Positions 20,823 to 32,184 of a stretch of DNA of 64,000 nucleotides are shown here, one piece after another. The stretch lies in NCBI GenBank assembly GCA_964019335.1, contig OZ025758.1:1-64000 (forward strand), read 5' to 3'. The position numbers were made by a program, and so were the translations under genes. A model generated the notes under the pieces. The model worked only from the letters and a program-made list of their open reading frames with translations, searched no databases and had not been told where the DNA came from. This DNA is from Diplonema japonicum. Its lineage: Eukaryota > Protista > Euglenozoa: Diplonemea. Position 1 is the stretch's first letter. Every line of letters starts with the position of its first letter.

Positions 20823-23800
20823 TCATAAAAGAGCAGCGGGGAGAGCGAGGCCTCTACCTCTTCCTCTGCCCCGCGAAGCTCGGGCGGTGTCTTGGGAGAA
20901 GATTGAGGCCGTCTGTGGGGTTGACCCTGATCTGTGCGACATCTCTGTAAGGGGCAGAGGATCGTCAGGTTTCAAAGATATCCTTCTTGCCAGCTTCCAA
21001 AGCACGGTGCCTGCAGTGAAGGGGCGCTTCTTTGCATGTTGGGTGATGGTCACCATGAGGGCAAGCAGGCCCTTCCTGTCGTTCGTAGTGAAGGTAATGT
21101 CCTTGTCCTTTCTGATCAATGTGAACGAGTACCGGCCGTGCTCCTTGGTTTCATACTTAACGGCGATGACCCCTCGCACGCTGCACTTCTGCCGTGGCTC
21201 TGCATCACCAGGCTTGGCATACCAAGCGACGTACTGCCCATCACGTGTGACCAACACCCATCTCGGAGGTGTTCCTTGTCCACCTTTGGTACTGTGCCGA
21301 ACAGCCCACACTCCCGTGTACCCTGACTCGAGTGCGGTGTCTGTCAGTGCTGACCGTTTGGGTCTTGGCACCCCTGTGAGGAGCGCAACCCCGGAACACT
21401 TTTCCATTAAAAATGTAACCTTTTCCTTCATGTGCGCAGGAAGCTCCACATCCTGTGAAAGCTCTGGGAACGATATGGTGCTTCCCGCCAGCCGTACCGT
21501 TTTGAAGCTGGGCTTCTGCACATTGTTAACCGAGCACCCCATTGCCGTTCCTTCCTTGTAGAGCTCCACAACGGCGCCCTGCGAAGTGGTGTACACAACG
21601 GGTGCGATGAAGGACACGTTGGCCACGGTGCAAAGATTCGAAACTTTCGAAAAGACCTCTGACCTTGCAGACGGCTCTGCCGGGAGGTCGACTTGTTTAT
21701 TGATCTCCGGCATGTGCAGCGCACGGCCGTGCTTCGACGTAGCAAGCCTTGTGAACGGTGGCCTGTTCTCTCCCAGCACTGCGTACTGCATGTGGCGCCC
21801 GTCTGGTGAGATTCTGATTGAGATCTCTGCACCATCAGTGGGGTCAGGATACACCACGGGGGGAGGGTGGCCTGCAGCATCGCTCGGCACCACCAATGGT
21901 GTGTTGTTCGTGTTCGTGTTCGTGTTGGTGTTCATAGTGCCGTTTGCATCGAAAGTCGCATCAAGCTGCGCAACAAGATCCTCCCCATTGGCATCAGACC
22001 TGCTATCATCTGTGTGCGTAGGTGCGCCCTTCTCACTCGCACTGGCGTCACTGTGCACCTCTGAGTACTGGTGGTCTGAACTTTCAGCAGCGCCGCCGTC
22101 CGATGATGGGCGTGCAGGGCCTTCATTGCTCCTCCGTCTTTCAATCACCATCCCGTGGTGTTTCCCCGTCACCGGGCAGTACTTGAACGCTGTCGGGGGG
22201 TTCTTGCACTTCGGGCATTGTTTTTCATGCGGTTTCCCCGTCTCTGTGCAATATCCATGCATGGTGGGATCCTTCCTGCAGTCCTTGCAGACGAAGACAC
22301 CCCCTGCGGCGCGAATCTTAGCCTGCCGCTCTAACGCGTCTCGAAGGCTGCCGCTGGGGTGGTCACCACCTTGTCGCATGGCTTCTGCATGTAATTCACC
22401 TAACTTCCTCAGATCGCTTCCGGTTGGGACCCTCTTGACGCCGGTGTAGGGTTCGGAGACCCTCCCATTGGACAGGTGCCCCTCACCCTGTTTGGACTTG
22501 ATTATGTGATCTATGAAGGCGTCCTCCACATCCTGCCCGTCGTCCTCCCTGCTAACACGATTGAACGACATCCCGAGAAGCGACCCTACGACAGGCTCGG
22601 GGGCAGACTTCAGCGGTGCGTCGGACAGACCAACAGGCATTTTAGCCAGCAGCTCAGTAGCCAAGGTGAGGGTGGCCTTTGGAGGATCCGGTCTTTTCAG
22701 CGTCTTTTTCTTCACGTACTTCTCGACGAACGGGTCCTCGATCTTCCTAGGGTCGGGGAACGGCTGCGGCATTTCCCATGAAGCGGTCTCCGACTGTGCG
22801 TCGCCAGACACCTCAACACCGCTTTCTTCAGAGAAGACCTGCAGCTCGTCAGCATCGATGGCAACGACTACATTGGCACCGTCGTCGGTGATGAAAGTAG
22901 ATCCCAGAGGCTGAACTGGGTCAGGTGCGGTCAAGGGACGGGGGTGCTCTTCGTTGACCTGTACGCCGAAGGATCTCCTGGGGCTTTCGGTAGTCTGAAC
23001 TTCACGTTCCACACTGCTGTGCCTCGGGGGACTCACCTCATGGTCACGATGCCTCGATGGACTCGCCTCGTCACGGTGCCGGTGTTTCCTTGTGGGCGTG
23101 CCCTCCTCGTCGCTGCTTGGTGGTGGCACAAAGGGGTAGGGCGACGTGCTTGACGTTCGCTTGTACGCTGTGACCTTCGCTGTGGTGGGTGGCCCGCTGC
23201 TGGACTGCATGGGCTGTGGCACGTCACCCATTGGGGTGGGGACAGGCGACAGGGAATCCCTTGCGACAGGAGTCGTCGTCGATGACGCAGTAGTACCATG
23301 ACGGCGACGGCGGTTGCCATTGCTGCTGGAATTATTATTCCTCTCGCCGCGAGGCGCCTTCAACGACTGCTCTTCTGGGGAAACCGTCGTCCAGTACAGC
23401 TGCCGGCCGCTAGAGGTAACCTTCAACGGCAACGGTGTGTCTGTTGCGGGTGAGGGGTCTGGTGTCGTCGTTGGCGAGACGCCACCCGTGGCGTTCAGCG
23501 CATCTTGGTTGAAGTTGAAGTTGAGAACCACAGAACCGGAGCGTGTCCTTTCCTGAGAAGGCGTCGAGTGTCTCCGTCTGATATTAGCGTACGAGTCTTC
23601 CTCATCGCTGCTGTCCCCTTGCGAGCCTGCATCGCTGTATATATCCTTGTCCTCCTTATCAGGAGACCTCCCGTCCTTTGTTCTGTCCCGGCTCCCTCGT
23701 CGCACCCGTTTCTTCGGCACGCGTGGGAGGTTCTGGGCATCCATCTGATAGAACTCCGTCCTGTAGCTGTTGGTGCGGTGTCTGTGCGGCGACCGCCATG

Positions 23801-26693
23801 GGTACACCGTGCCGGACCCACTGGGCGCCCAGTCCCCGTGTTTCCCGTCCTTGTCCTGCTTCGCTACACGTTCCATCACCTCTTTGTTGTATTCGTCCAA
23901 CTTTTTACTCTCCTGCAATGCCTTCTCCGCCTTCTCCCTGTCATACCCATCCTCCAGCGCTTCGAAGTTGAACAGTGCACCGCCATTCTTGCCCAATCCT
24001 TTTCGGAACTCTCGAAGCTTCCCTTTTTTCTCCGCTCCTGATAAAGGTGGGGATGAAGCTCTCCCGCTGCTGCTTGGAGGGGGTGACGAGCTTGACGCCC
24101 TTCGCCTGCTGCTCGAGTTAGACGCTCGGTCTCTGGAGATGCTGCCTCTGGAGGCACTGCGTTGCCGTGCTTGCTTCGCTCTTGCGTTGAAGTGATTGAC
24201 GACCCTGCTTGGGGGTGCGGACTGCCTTCTAGGTGATGAGGTGGGTGTGACGCTCCTTGCCTCGCTTTGGATGGTGCCACGTGCGAAGTCGTGCTTGCCC
24301 CTCCGTTGTTCGCGTGGTTTGGGAGTTGCCCCGTCAGGGGTTGCCCTTTGTGTGGTGACATGAGGCTCTTCGGACGGAGGTGCGGGGCGTTGGAAGACAC
24401 GCCGTTGCGAACCGCGTCGCTGCAGCATTTCCTTCTTGAGCTTGACACGCTCTCGTTCCTTCATGACGATCTCTTGCCGTTCGCGATCGGAGTGCTCCCG
24501 CAGGAGACGCTCGTGTTCGGCTTGGGAGTGCTGTTCGCGAGCATGGTCCACCTGGAGGTGAGAGCGGGGGCTTCTTTGAATGGGAACCTCCTCTTCGAGT
24601 CGTGCTGTCTGTATCACTTCAAGCCCCTGTGCATGTGCGTGTGTTGTGCCTGCGTCTTCTGTCTCTTGAGTGTCATCACTTTGAGAATGCGTGGCGCTCA
24701 TCTGCACAACATCTTCGCCTTTGTTGGAGTCTGTTTCGAAATGCTCTCCCCGTTGTGTCCACCCTTCTTCTTCTTCAAGCAAAGCCCTTTCTTGTTCGCG
24801 CTGCGCCCAGCGGCGGTCCCTTTCCCTTCTTTGCTCGCTCTCCCACGCCTGTTCCTCCTCTTGGATCGCCTTTTGCTTTTCCCATTCGATCTCGTTGTGC
24901 TTGTTCGCCCACTCTTCCCGGTATTCCTCCTCTTGTGTGTGATGCGCGTGTGTGGCTTGCACGGGCTGCCCCCAAGCCTCTTCCACCGTTTCTGGTTCAT
25001 CTCTGTTGTGAGCAGGCTGTTCCCATTTGTTTTCTAATGTGTCATCGTCTCTATTAAGTCTAGGTTTGTTGCTTCCGTTCAATTGTGTATCTCTCGCTTC
25101 TGTTTTATTCCACCCCGGTTGTTTCTTTTCTTCTTCTTCTTCTTCTTCTTCTTCGTGTTCGTTCTCGGCGTCTCTATTGGGTTTAGTTTCACTGGTGCTA
25201 TATTGTGTATCTTGGTAGGGTGCAGCCGACGGTTCTTCTACGCTCGTTGTGTGCAGTCGGGTGTTCCTTGTCATTTCTTCTTGTTGTTGTTTTAGTCTTT
25301 GCGCCGCCTCGTGCCTGTCTCGGGCTATCTCTTGTTCCCTCCGTTCGGCTTCCCTTTCGACCTTTTCTTTTTGCTGCTGAGCTAGAGCTGCCTCTTCTTC
25401 CTTGGCTTGCAGTGCTGTTTCCCATCTCCGCTGTCGTTCTTCGATTTCCCGTTCCCTTTCCTGCTCTCGTTTAAGGAGGTCCCTCTCTATTTTTTCTTGT
25501 TGTCGCGCGGCCTCATCTTCCTTATCACGCAAAACCCTTGTCCACTCTTCTTGTTGTCGTTGCGCTTCTTCCTCCTTGCTTCGCAAAGCTTCCCGCCACC
25601 CTTTTTCATCGATTTCCCTCTGCCGCTCTGCTTCCCGTTGTATTCTCGCTGTTTCCTCCTCCTTTTCTTGCAGAGCCCTGTCCCACTCTCGCTGCTGTTG
25701 CTCTGTGGAGTGTTCCCGCACCCTCTCCCGTTCCCGCAGGTCTCGTTCCAGTCTTTCTTTTTGGTCTGCGACCTCCTTCTCTTTTCGCTGCAGGATGTTC
25801 TCCCACTCATGCTGCTGTTGCTCCTTTTCTTGAAGGGATCTCTCCCAGTGTTGTCGGTGCCGGCGTTCAGATTCCTCCTGCTTGGCGTGGAGCTCATTCA
25901 GGTGCTGTTGCTCGCGCTGGTGCTTGAGGCGGTGGGACTCATCTCGTTCGTGGAGCAGCTTCTCGAGAAGCTTTTGTTTTTCAGACAGCTGTGAATGGAG
26001 GTCCCCACGCGACGACTCAGTGACAGCAAGGAGGCCCCGCCTGTGGGCAGCTTCAATGGTGTTGAAGCCTTGGGCTTGGGAGGAAGAGACCTCACCTCGT
26101 GAGTTGGTTTCGCTAGAGAATATATCTGATGTGTCTTTGAGCGACCGCGTGGTGGCACCGCTGCCGCCGCCGCTGTTTCGCATGGAGAACAGGTACGAAA
26201 GACGTTCCTCGTGCTGTTGCTGTTTGGCCTTCAACTCTTTAAGAAGCTCCGTGTTGTAGTTGCCGTTGTTGCCGTTCCTGCCCTTTGCCTTCTCGTTGTG
26301 CAGCTCCTTTCGCAAAGCCTTCACCTCCGCTTCTAAGAATTCCTGCGCTTTGGGTTTGTTGTTTCCAGGCCGATGTCTTCTGGGGGGGCTGCTCTGTATG
26401 CTGTGGCTCCTAAGGGGTTCCTTCTCGAACCGTGACGCAGGGGACATGACGATGGTGGATGAGGCGGCACTGCTGGGCTCTCGCAAGGATGGGGCAGCGG
26501 TAGCAGGCGACCGTCGTTCCATCACCTTGTCCACATTCCCGCTCAATCTCCTCACCTTGTCCTGCAGGTGGTTCAGATGCTGCTGTGCCTGACTCGACGC
26601 GGGGGAGACCGACGACCACCGTCCGTAGAACGAAACAGGCGAAACGGAGCTGGTGTGCCCCACCGACCTCACCTGTAGAGGGGGCACCTCCAT
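20823..26693 (-). CDS. 1956-aa coiled-coil/disordered protein with two CxxC...CxxTGxxH motifs, a duplicated ~75-aa domain and a C-terminal PH-like domain
   Basis: Long uninterrupted ORF; E/Q/R-rich coiled coil; CKDC...YCTETGKPH, CPKC...YCPVTGKHH; RWVLVT...VAWY...YSFTL...ITF (PH-like). Confidence 0.85.
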   Translation of the reverse strand: MEVPPLQVRSVGHTSSVSPVSFYGRWSSVSPASSQAQQHLNHLQDKVRRLSGNVDKVMERRSPATAAPSLREPSSAASSTIVMSPASRFEKEPLRSHSIQSSPPRRHRPGNNKPKAQEFLEAEVKALRKELHNEKAKGRNGNNGNYNTELLKELKAKQQQHEERLSYLFSMRNSGGGSGATTRSLKDTSDIFSSETNSRGEVSSSQAQGFNTIEAAHRRGLLAVTESSRGDLHSQLSEKQKLLEKLLHERDESHRLKHQREQQHLNELHAKQEESERRHRQHWERSLQEKEQQQHEWENILQRKEKEVADQKERLERDLRERERVREHSTEQQQREWDRALQEKEEETARIQREAERQREIDEKGWREALRSKEEEAQRQQEEWTRVLRDKEDEAARQQEKIERDLLKREQEREREIEERQRRWETALQAKEEEAALAQQQKEKVEREAERREQEIARDRHEAAQRLKQQQEEMTRNTRLHTTSVEEPSAAPYQDTQYSTSETKPNRDAENEHEEEEEEEEEKKQPGWNKTEARDTQLNGSNKPRLNRDDDTLENKWEQPAHNRDEPETVEEAWGQPVQATHAHHTQEEEYREEWANKHNEIEWEKQKAIQEEEQAWESEQRRERDRRWAQREQERALLEEEEGWTQRGEHFETDSNKGEDVVQMSATHSQSDDTQETEDAGTTHAHAQGLEVIQTARLEEEVPIQRSPRSHLQVDHAREQHSQAEHERLLREHSDRERQEIVMKERERVKLKKEMLQRRGSQRRVFQRPAPPSEEPHVTTQRATPDGATPKPREQRRGKHDFARGTIQSEARSVTPTSSPRRQSAPPSRVVNHFNARAKQARQRSASRGSISRDRASNSSSRRRASSSSPPPSSSGRASSPPLSGAEKKGKLREFRKGLGKNGGALFNFEALEDGYDREKAEKALQESKKLDEYNKEVMERVAKQDKDGKHGDWAPSGSGTVYPWRSPHRHRTNSYRTEFYQMDAQNLPRVPKKRVRRGSRDRTKDGRSPDKEDKDIYSDAGSQGDSSDEEDSYANIRRRHSTPSQERTRSGSVVLNFNFNQDALNATGGVSPTTTPDPSPATDTPLPLKVTSSGRQLYWTTVSPEEQSLKAPRGERNNNSSSNGNRRRRHGTTASSTTTPVARDSLSPVPTPMGDVPQPMQSSSGPPTTAKVTAYKRTSSTSPYPFVPPPSSDEEGTPTRKHRHRDEASPSRHRDHEVSPPRHSSVEREVQTTESPRRSFGVQVNEEHPRPLTAPDPVQPLGSTFITDDGANVVVAIDADELQVFSEESGVEVSGDAQSETASWEMPQPFPDPRKIEDPFVEKYVKKKTLKRPDPPKATLTLATELLAKMPVGLSDAPLKSAPEPVVGSLLGMSFNRVSREDDGQDVEDAFIDHIIKSKQGEGHLSNGRVSEPYTGVKRVPTGSDLRKLGELHAEAMRQGGDHPSGSLRDALERQAKIRAAGGVFVCKDCRKDPTMHGYCTETGKPHEKQCPKCKNPPTAFKYCPVTGKHHGMVIERRRSNEGPARPSSDGGAAESSDHQYSEVHSDASASEKGAPTHTDDSRSDANGEDLVAQLDATFDANGTMNTNTNTNTNNTPLVVPSDAAGHPPPVVYPDPTDGAEISIRISPDGRHMQYAVLGENRPPFTRLATSKHGRALHMPEINKQVDLPAEPSARSEVFSKVSNLCTVANVSFIAPVVYTTSQGAVVELYKEGTAMGCSVNNVQKPSFKTVRLAGSTISFPELSQDVELPAHMKEKVTFLMEKCSGVALLTGVPRPKRSALTDTALESGYTGVWAVRHSTKGGQGTPPRWVLVTRDGQYVAWYAKPGDAEPRQKCSVRGVIAVKYETKEHGRYSFTLIRKDKDITFTTNDRKGLLALMVTITQHAKKRPFTAGTVLWKLARRISLKPDDPLPLTEMSHRSGSTPQTASIFSQDTARASRGRGRGRGLALPAALL

Positions 26694-26907
26694 CTATGGG
26701 ACACCCTGGGTGGATATGCGGTAGAGCTCAGGGTATTAAAGAAGAAAAAGATAGAAACAGAATAAGAAACGGAAAGAAAGAAATATGTGCGGTATCTAAA
26801 AAAAAAAAAAAAAAAAAAAGAAAAAATAGAAAATGCGAAAGATGCGGGGAACGGGGGGGTAATAAAAAGATTCTATGGGGGAAAACACACTTTTTTTTTT
26901 TTTTTTT

Positions 26908-28470
26908 TTAAATTCTAAAAGTCGGTTTGAAACTTTTTCCAAGCAATTCTTCTTGCCGCAGGTGCTCCTTGAGCACCGCAAGCTTGTCCCTCATATCGTT
27001 AATCGACTGGATGTTCTCGAAGAGGCACTTGTCTATTTGACTCACGAAGCAATCGAGGTCCCGCACCCCTCCTTGGTCAAGCGTTTTTATGGCCTCCGTC
27101 TCCCGTGTCATTATTTCGACACGGGAATCGAGCATCTTCCGGTAATGCACGAGAAGATCCTCCTGTGCTTGGCTGAGCGCCGTGGCAACATGGGTGTAGC
27201 ATTCTTCCACCTGTCTTTCAGTGTTGTCGTCTTCATCATCATCATCGTCGTCCAAAGGCTTTCCGGCTGCTAATTGCGGGCGAAGGCTCTGAGTTTTTTT
27301 TTAAAAAAAATCTTTTTTTATCCAACACACCCGAACTATCTGCAGCACCTCTTCACCTATCGCCTCCGCCTTTTGTTTCTTTTCCCTTGCGAGCCCGCCT
27401 TTTGCTGCGGGTTGTTTTGCGTTGGGTTCCGACCGCCTTCCCGCGATGGGTTTTCTCAATGCATTCCCGGAACCCTTCCTCTCCTGTTTCAACCCTTTCA
27501 CCCTATCCGTATACCGAAGAGTGTTCAGCGAGTGCTCACAGCATGATGAGGAAGGTGATATATGTGCTATCATGGTGGTCCGGGAGCTTCCGAGGAAAGA
27601 GTCACGAAGGACCTCGGTGAGGACGGAGCCTCGAAAGGGGATGTGAGACTTCCCCATGCCAAGGGAACGGATGCATTCCTTCAGCGCGAGGAGGGATTTG
27701 TTGATTTCCGCTCCCTCTACCCGGGTCTGCCTGTCGGCGTCGGCGGTGTCGGAACCCCGTTCGTTACCGGCGAGGTCGATGAAGGAGATGACACCCTTCG
27801 TCCTCCTTGTGGTTTTGTCTTGAAGCTCGATCTTGAGAATGGCATGGGATCTGCTTGAATCGGAATTGGCTGCGGTGATCCCCGTGCATCGTTGTTCACC
27901 CCCACGGTTCATGAGACCCATTAAACTATCGACAGAAGTGACCTCGTGTTCTGTGAGGCCGCATATTCTGATGTTTTTGTCGCCGTCTTCTCTGGCGATG
28001 AGTTTTGCCCTCTCGTTGAGGAGGTCGAAGAGTTTTCTGCCGTAGATTTCGTAGAAGGACACGAAGACGCCTTGGGTTGCCTTTACGCCGCCGTTTACCT
28101 TGTTGAAGATGTCCTCTGCTGCGAGGAGATAGACGCCCTTGTCGCCTTTTTTTCCGAGCATTGTGTGGGTTTTCCCGCTGCCTGTTTGCCCGTATGCGAA
28201 GCATGTAGCGTTGCCGCCGCTCATGAAGGTGTCCAGTAGGGGTCTGCAGACCTCGTGGTAGACCGTTGAGTTGTCGTCTGTTTCCCGGAAGACCCTGTCG
28301 AAGGCGTACCCGTGGCTTTCCGTGTACTTCGTCAAGTCGTAACGCACCTTCGGCTCGGAGAGCACCATGTCCTTTTTGTTCTTGCTCACCTCCACGATGT
28401 CCGTCCCGCCTTTGTCCCGCTCCGTCCTCATAAGCGGTCTTTTTCGAACTGCAACGGTTATGGCGGCTGA

Positions 28471-28473
<3 letters not shown>
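26908..28473 (-). CDS. Kinesin-13 (MCAK/KIF2/KIF24-like) microtubule depolymerase; intron 27289-27330
   Basis: ITVAVRKRPL, KVRYDLTKY finger, FAYGQTGSGKT, SSRSH, DLAGNERG, LKECIR, HIPFRGS; splicing joins ORF 27301..28761 to ORF 26908..27255 in frame. Confidence 0.92.
27289..27330 (-). other. 42-nt GT-AG intron
   Basis: CGG|GTGTGTTGG...AAAAAAAAACTCAG|AGC; restores frame (QIVR|SLRPQ). Confidence 0.85.
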
Positions 28474-28504
<31 letters not shown>

Positions 28505-28571
28505 GTTGTGTACTTTTTTTTTTTTTTTTTTTTTTGGGTGTACAAGTGGAGGAAATGAAACAAAAAAAAGA

Positions 28572-28610
<39 letters not shown>

Positions 28611-29756
28611 TTGTCGGTAATAGTTTTTTTTTTTTTTTTTTTTCTTTTTTGGTTACAGAAAGAATGGTCGAATGGAAAGGAAAAAGAAAGAGAAGAAGAG
28701 AAAAGAAAAAAAAAAAAACAAACAAACTCGGGCAAACCCCACACAACTGCGGTCTGTGCATTTAAAAGATATAATATAAAAAAAAAAAGAATAAAATCCA
28801 CCATGATGAGAGAGGGGTGTTTAATAGTTCTTTATTTCCTCGCTCCCCCCTCCCCCCCCATCATATAGCGAAAATCTTCTTAAAGAAAGCCAAGGGGGTG
28901 GAGGTAGCAAGGAATAGAGGTTGGGGGAAAAAAAAATTTTTTTTGCCTACTGTTCCCCCTAAACTCTTGGTACCTCGGTTAATAAAATGTTGCCGTAAAA
29001 AAAAAAAAAAATGGGAGGGGGGGAATATGGAAAAAAAATTCTTTTTTTTTTTTAACCACAACATAACTTTGATACTCAGGGGAGGGGGTGGGGACCTTTT
29101 CTCGCAAAAAAAAAATCTGCAGCTGACTCGTACTTTTTTTTGGGAGAAAAAAACTGGGGGGGGGAAGTATTACATAAAACGATTGATGCGATATTGGTAT
29201 CCTTGCAAGTAAGCCAAACGCCTCCCTCCCTCCCTCCTATGGTCATAAAGGCCTTCCGTGCTTCTCTTCATCCGTCACTCTTAGAGATCTGCGTTAAAGT
29301 CTAGGGCTGACTCCACCAGGCCATCAGTACAGATTGACCATACCTAGTCGAGTGCCAATATTGTTGAATGGAAGGAAAGGATGGAGGGGAGAAGGAAAAA
29401 AAAAAAAAAAAAAAGAGAGAAAAAAAGAAAAACGAAAAAAAGAAAATCACACACTTTCCCCCCTTTCAATTTGTGTTGTTTGAATAAAAAAGTTTTAAGC
29501 ACATTGGCAACCGGTACTTTTTTTTTTTGTTTAGAAAAATCCAAGACTCGTTCTTTCAAAAAAAAAAAAAGAAATAAAAAAGGTAAGAAGAAAAAAAAGA
29601 AAAAAAAATCACATTAGGTGGATAACGGATATGTTAAAAAAAAAGGGGGAAAGGTCCCCCCCCCCCCATTAAACTCCCGAACATGGTGTTGTGATTAAAG
29701 ACGGGACACTTCATATATTTGCGAACATCCCACCCCCCCCCCCCCCCCCCCGCCCT

Positions 29757-31510
29757 CTAAAAATCAAGCTCTTCTTCCACATCTGTGATTTTCTTTTTTT
29801 TAATTTTTTTTTACCCCCCTGCGAACCTGATTCTTCCCAATCTTCAAGTGTGATGTGGGCTTCACTATGTCTCGGGGACATGATCTCTTCAGTTGGTTCA
29901 TCCCTGGTCTGCCTCCGGGGGTCTCTTGCGAGATCGTACAATGTAACCTTTTTTTTTTGTTTTTCTTCCTTTTTTTTTTCCCCTCCCCGCACACACACAC
30001 CTCATAAGGGTTTCCTTGAATAATCTGGAAGTACTCTTTCGACTGCTCCATGAACTTCTTGAGGATGGTCCCACCCTCCGTGTCCTGCTGTGCATCGGGT
30101 GTGATCTGTATCTTCTGTTCGTTCTTGTCATAACGAAGCCCCAATTCGACCTAACAATTTTTTTTTTTTTTTTGTTTTCCCCTTAAAAAAAAATACCGTT
30201 TCTACAGGGTGACCCTTCACGATTCTAATGTCCCGCAGCAAATCGTGGTGCAGTATGTAGTCGAGAGTGGCACGCTCGGTGGGGCTTTTCTCGAGCATTT
30301 TCGACAGCACTTCGTTCAGCTTGCTGCATTCATGTTTTTGCGGGATGATGGCTTCTTTAATACTGTCCCCAAGGTCTTGTATGTTCGACCCTCTAAAGGG
30401 CGGAAGGTCCCCGTACGCCATGGTGTATAACGTGACACCGAAGGCCCAAATATCGGTAGCGGGTCCTTGCAACGGTGCGTTGCTGGCATCTGAAAACGCT
30501 TCAGGAGGCATGAAGAAAGGTGAACCGGCGAACCCTGTGACCATTAAACCCTCTGAGCACTCCGCGGCGAAGGCGGAGACACCGAAATCTGCCAGTTTCA
30601 CATTGTCGTGCTTGTCTAATAAGATGTTGTCGGGCTTCACATCACGGTGAATTATATTTTTGTCATGGAGGAACTGCAGCCCGTTGGCGATGCCTACGAT
30701 GTAGCGTTTAAGCTTTCGAAGGGGGATGGGCTTGGCAGGGTATGATGAAGGGTATATCTGGCCCCCTTCAAGGTATTCCATTACAATCATTAGTTCTGAG
30801 TCTGATTCGATGGTCCCGTAGATCTGGATAATGTTCGGGTGCTGTAGCTGTTTCATGATTTTGATCTCCTCTCTGATCTTTTTGAGGCCGTCTTCTTTTG
30901 CGGCGTTTGGGTTGCCGCTTGCTATCTTCTTCGTCAGCATTGTTTTGGACAAGAATTTTACCGCGTAATTTTGGTTGGATTTGTGATGCACGCACAAACG
31001 TACTTTTCCGTAGGCACCCTGGCCTATCGAGGCGATGATCCTGTAGTCGTTGAGAGTGAAGCCGCCTTCTTCGTCACGGCCTTTGATGAGCTTGTTGGCT
31101 TCTTCAATTTCTTTGGCGTAAACGGGGTTCGATGGGATTCCAACACATTCGTGGCATTTGAAGCCTTTGCTGCGTTGAAGTCCTGGGCGGTCGTCTCTAC
31201 CGCAGACGCAGCATGCTCGGGCTGATATGATTCTCTTTCGCGATCTGTTTAGACCGTCTTGAGATTTCTTCCCGAGGATTTCCAAGGCTTCGTCCTCTGA
31301 TTTTCCAATTGCTTTGTGCACCTTCTCGTCGGTAATCACCCCGCACGCCAAACCCCTTTTTTCCAACAGCCTCACCGCGATGTAAATTAACGGGTCTTCA
31401 GGTCGGTTTTTCAATGCCTCCTCCACCGTGCTCTCCAAGGCGAAGTGTACCCCGTGCTTCCTCACATATTCCTTCTCGGGTTCCCCATTTGCAGGAGTGG
31501 GATCGCCCAT
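29757..31510 (-). CDS. CAMKK-like Ser/Thr kinase with N-terminal Dpy-30/RIIa-like docking segment and C4 zinc finger; introns 30151-30196, 29948-30000, 29783-29814
   Basis: EYVRKHGV...RPEDPLIYI; CCVC...FKCHEC; IGQGAYGKV, AVK, HRDVKPDN, DFG, GSPFFMPPE, DIWAFG; three spliced joins give ...HPVET|VELGLRY...NPYE|VTLYDL...SQG|DVEEELDF*. Confidence 0.88.
29783..29814 (-). other. 32-nt GT-AG intron
   Basis: GGGG|GTAAAAA...AAAATCACAG|ATG; gives a plausible acidic C-terminus. Confidence 0.7.
29948..30000 (-). other. 53-nt GT-AG intron
   Basis: GAG|GTGTGTG...CAAAAAAAAAAG|GTT; restores frame. Confidence 0.8.
30151..30196 (-). other. 46-nt GT-AG intron
   Basis: ACG|GTATTT...AAAAATTGTTAG|GTC; restores frame. 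Confidence 0.85.
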
Positions 31511-32184
31511 TTTTTTTTTTTTGGTTTTTTTTTTTCCGCCCCACCAGTCACCACCCCTCCCCCCCCCCCCCCCCAGTGGTGTTACCTATATTTTTTTTTT
31601 ATTGAGTTTTGTTGTGAAAAAAAATAAAATAAAATAAAACATGAGAGAGTGTGTGTAAAAAAAAAGGGGGGGAGGAGTGGTGGAAGAAAAAAAAAATGTT
31701 AAAATATTGTTGTGCAAATAAGAAAGAAGAAAAAGAGAAAAAAATAGAGAGAAAAAAAAATGCACACCACCACCTACATCCATGTTGCAGGCGCACACAC
31801 ACACACACCCCTCGCTTTACTTCCTTTTTTCTTCTTTCTCGAAAGAAAGACAATGGGTGGAGGGGGGCACACTTTTTTTCTTCTTAAAGTTGGTTTTTTT
31901 TTTCTCGCGGGGCTAGGAAAGAAAAGGAGGGGAAGGGGATATGTTTGTGTACATACCAGGGGAGGGGGGTAAAAAACCCATCATGGAGGGTTTATAACCC
32001 AAACACATAAACGCCACCCCAGCCCCCGCCCTTTTAAAAAAAATTTTAAAAAAAAAGGAAATTATAAACAAAATGTGTCAGAACCCCAAACGTATTTTTT
32101 TTTTTTTTTTTTTTTTTCATTTTTCTTTTTCACTTTAGCATTAAAATTACCAACCACCGTTGCATACAAAAAAAAAAAAAAAAA

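Noticed and set aside
26908-30196. Alternative genetic code or pseudogenes to explain interrupted kinesin and kinase ORFs
   Set aside because: All interruptions are resolved by short GT-AG introns; only the TrxR UGA needs recoding.
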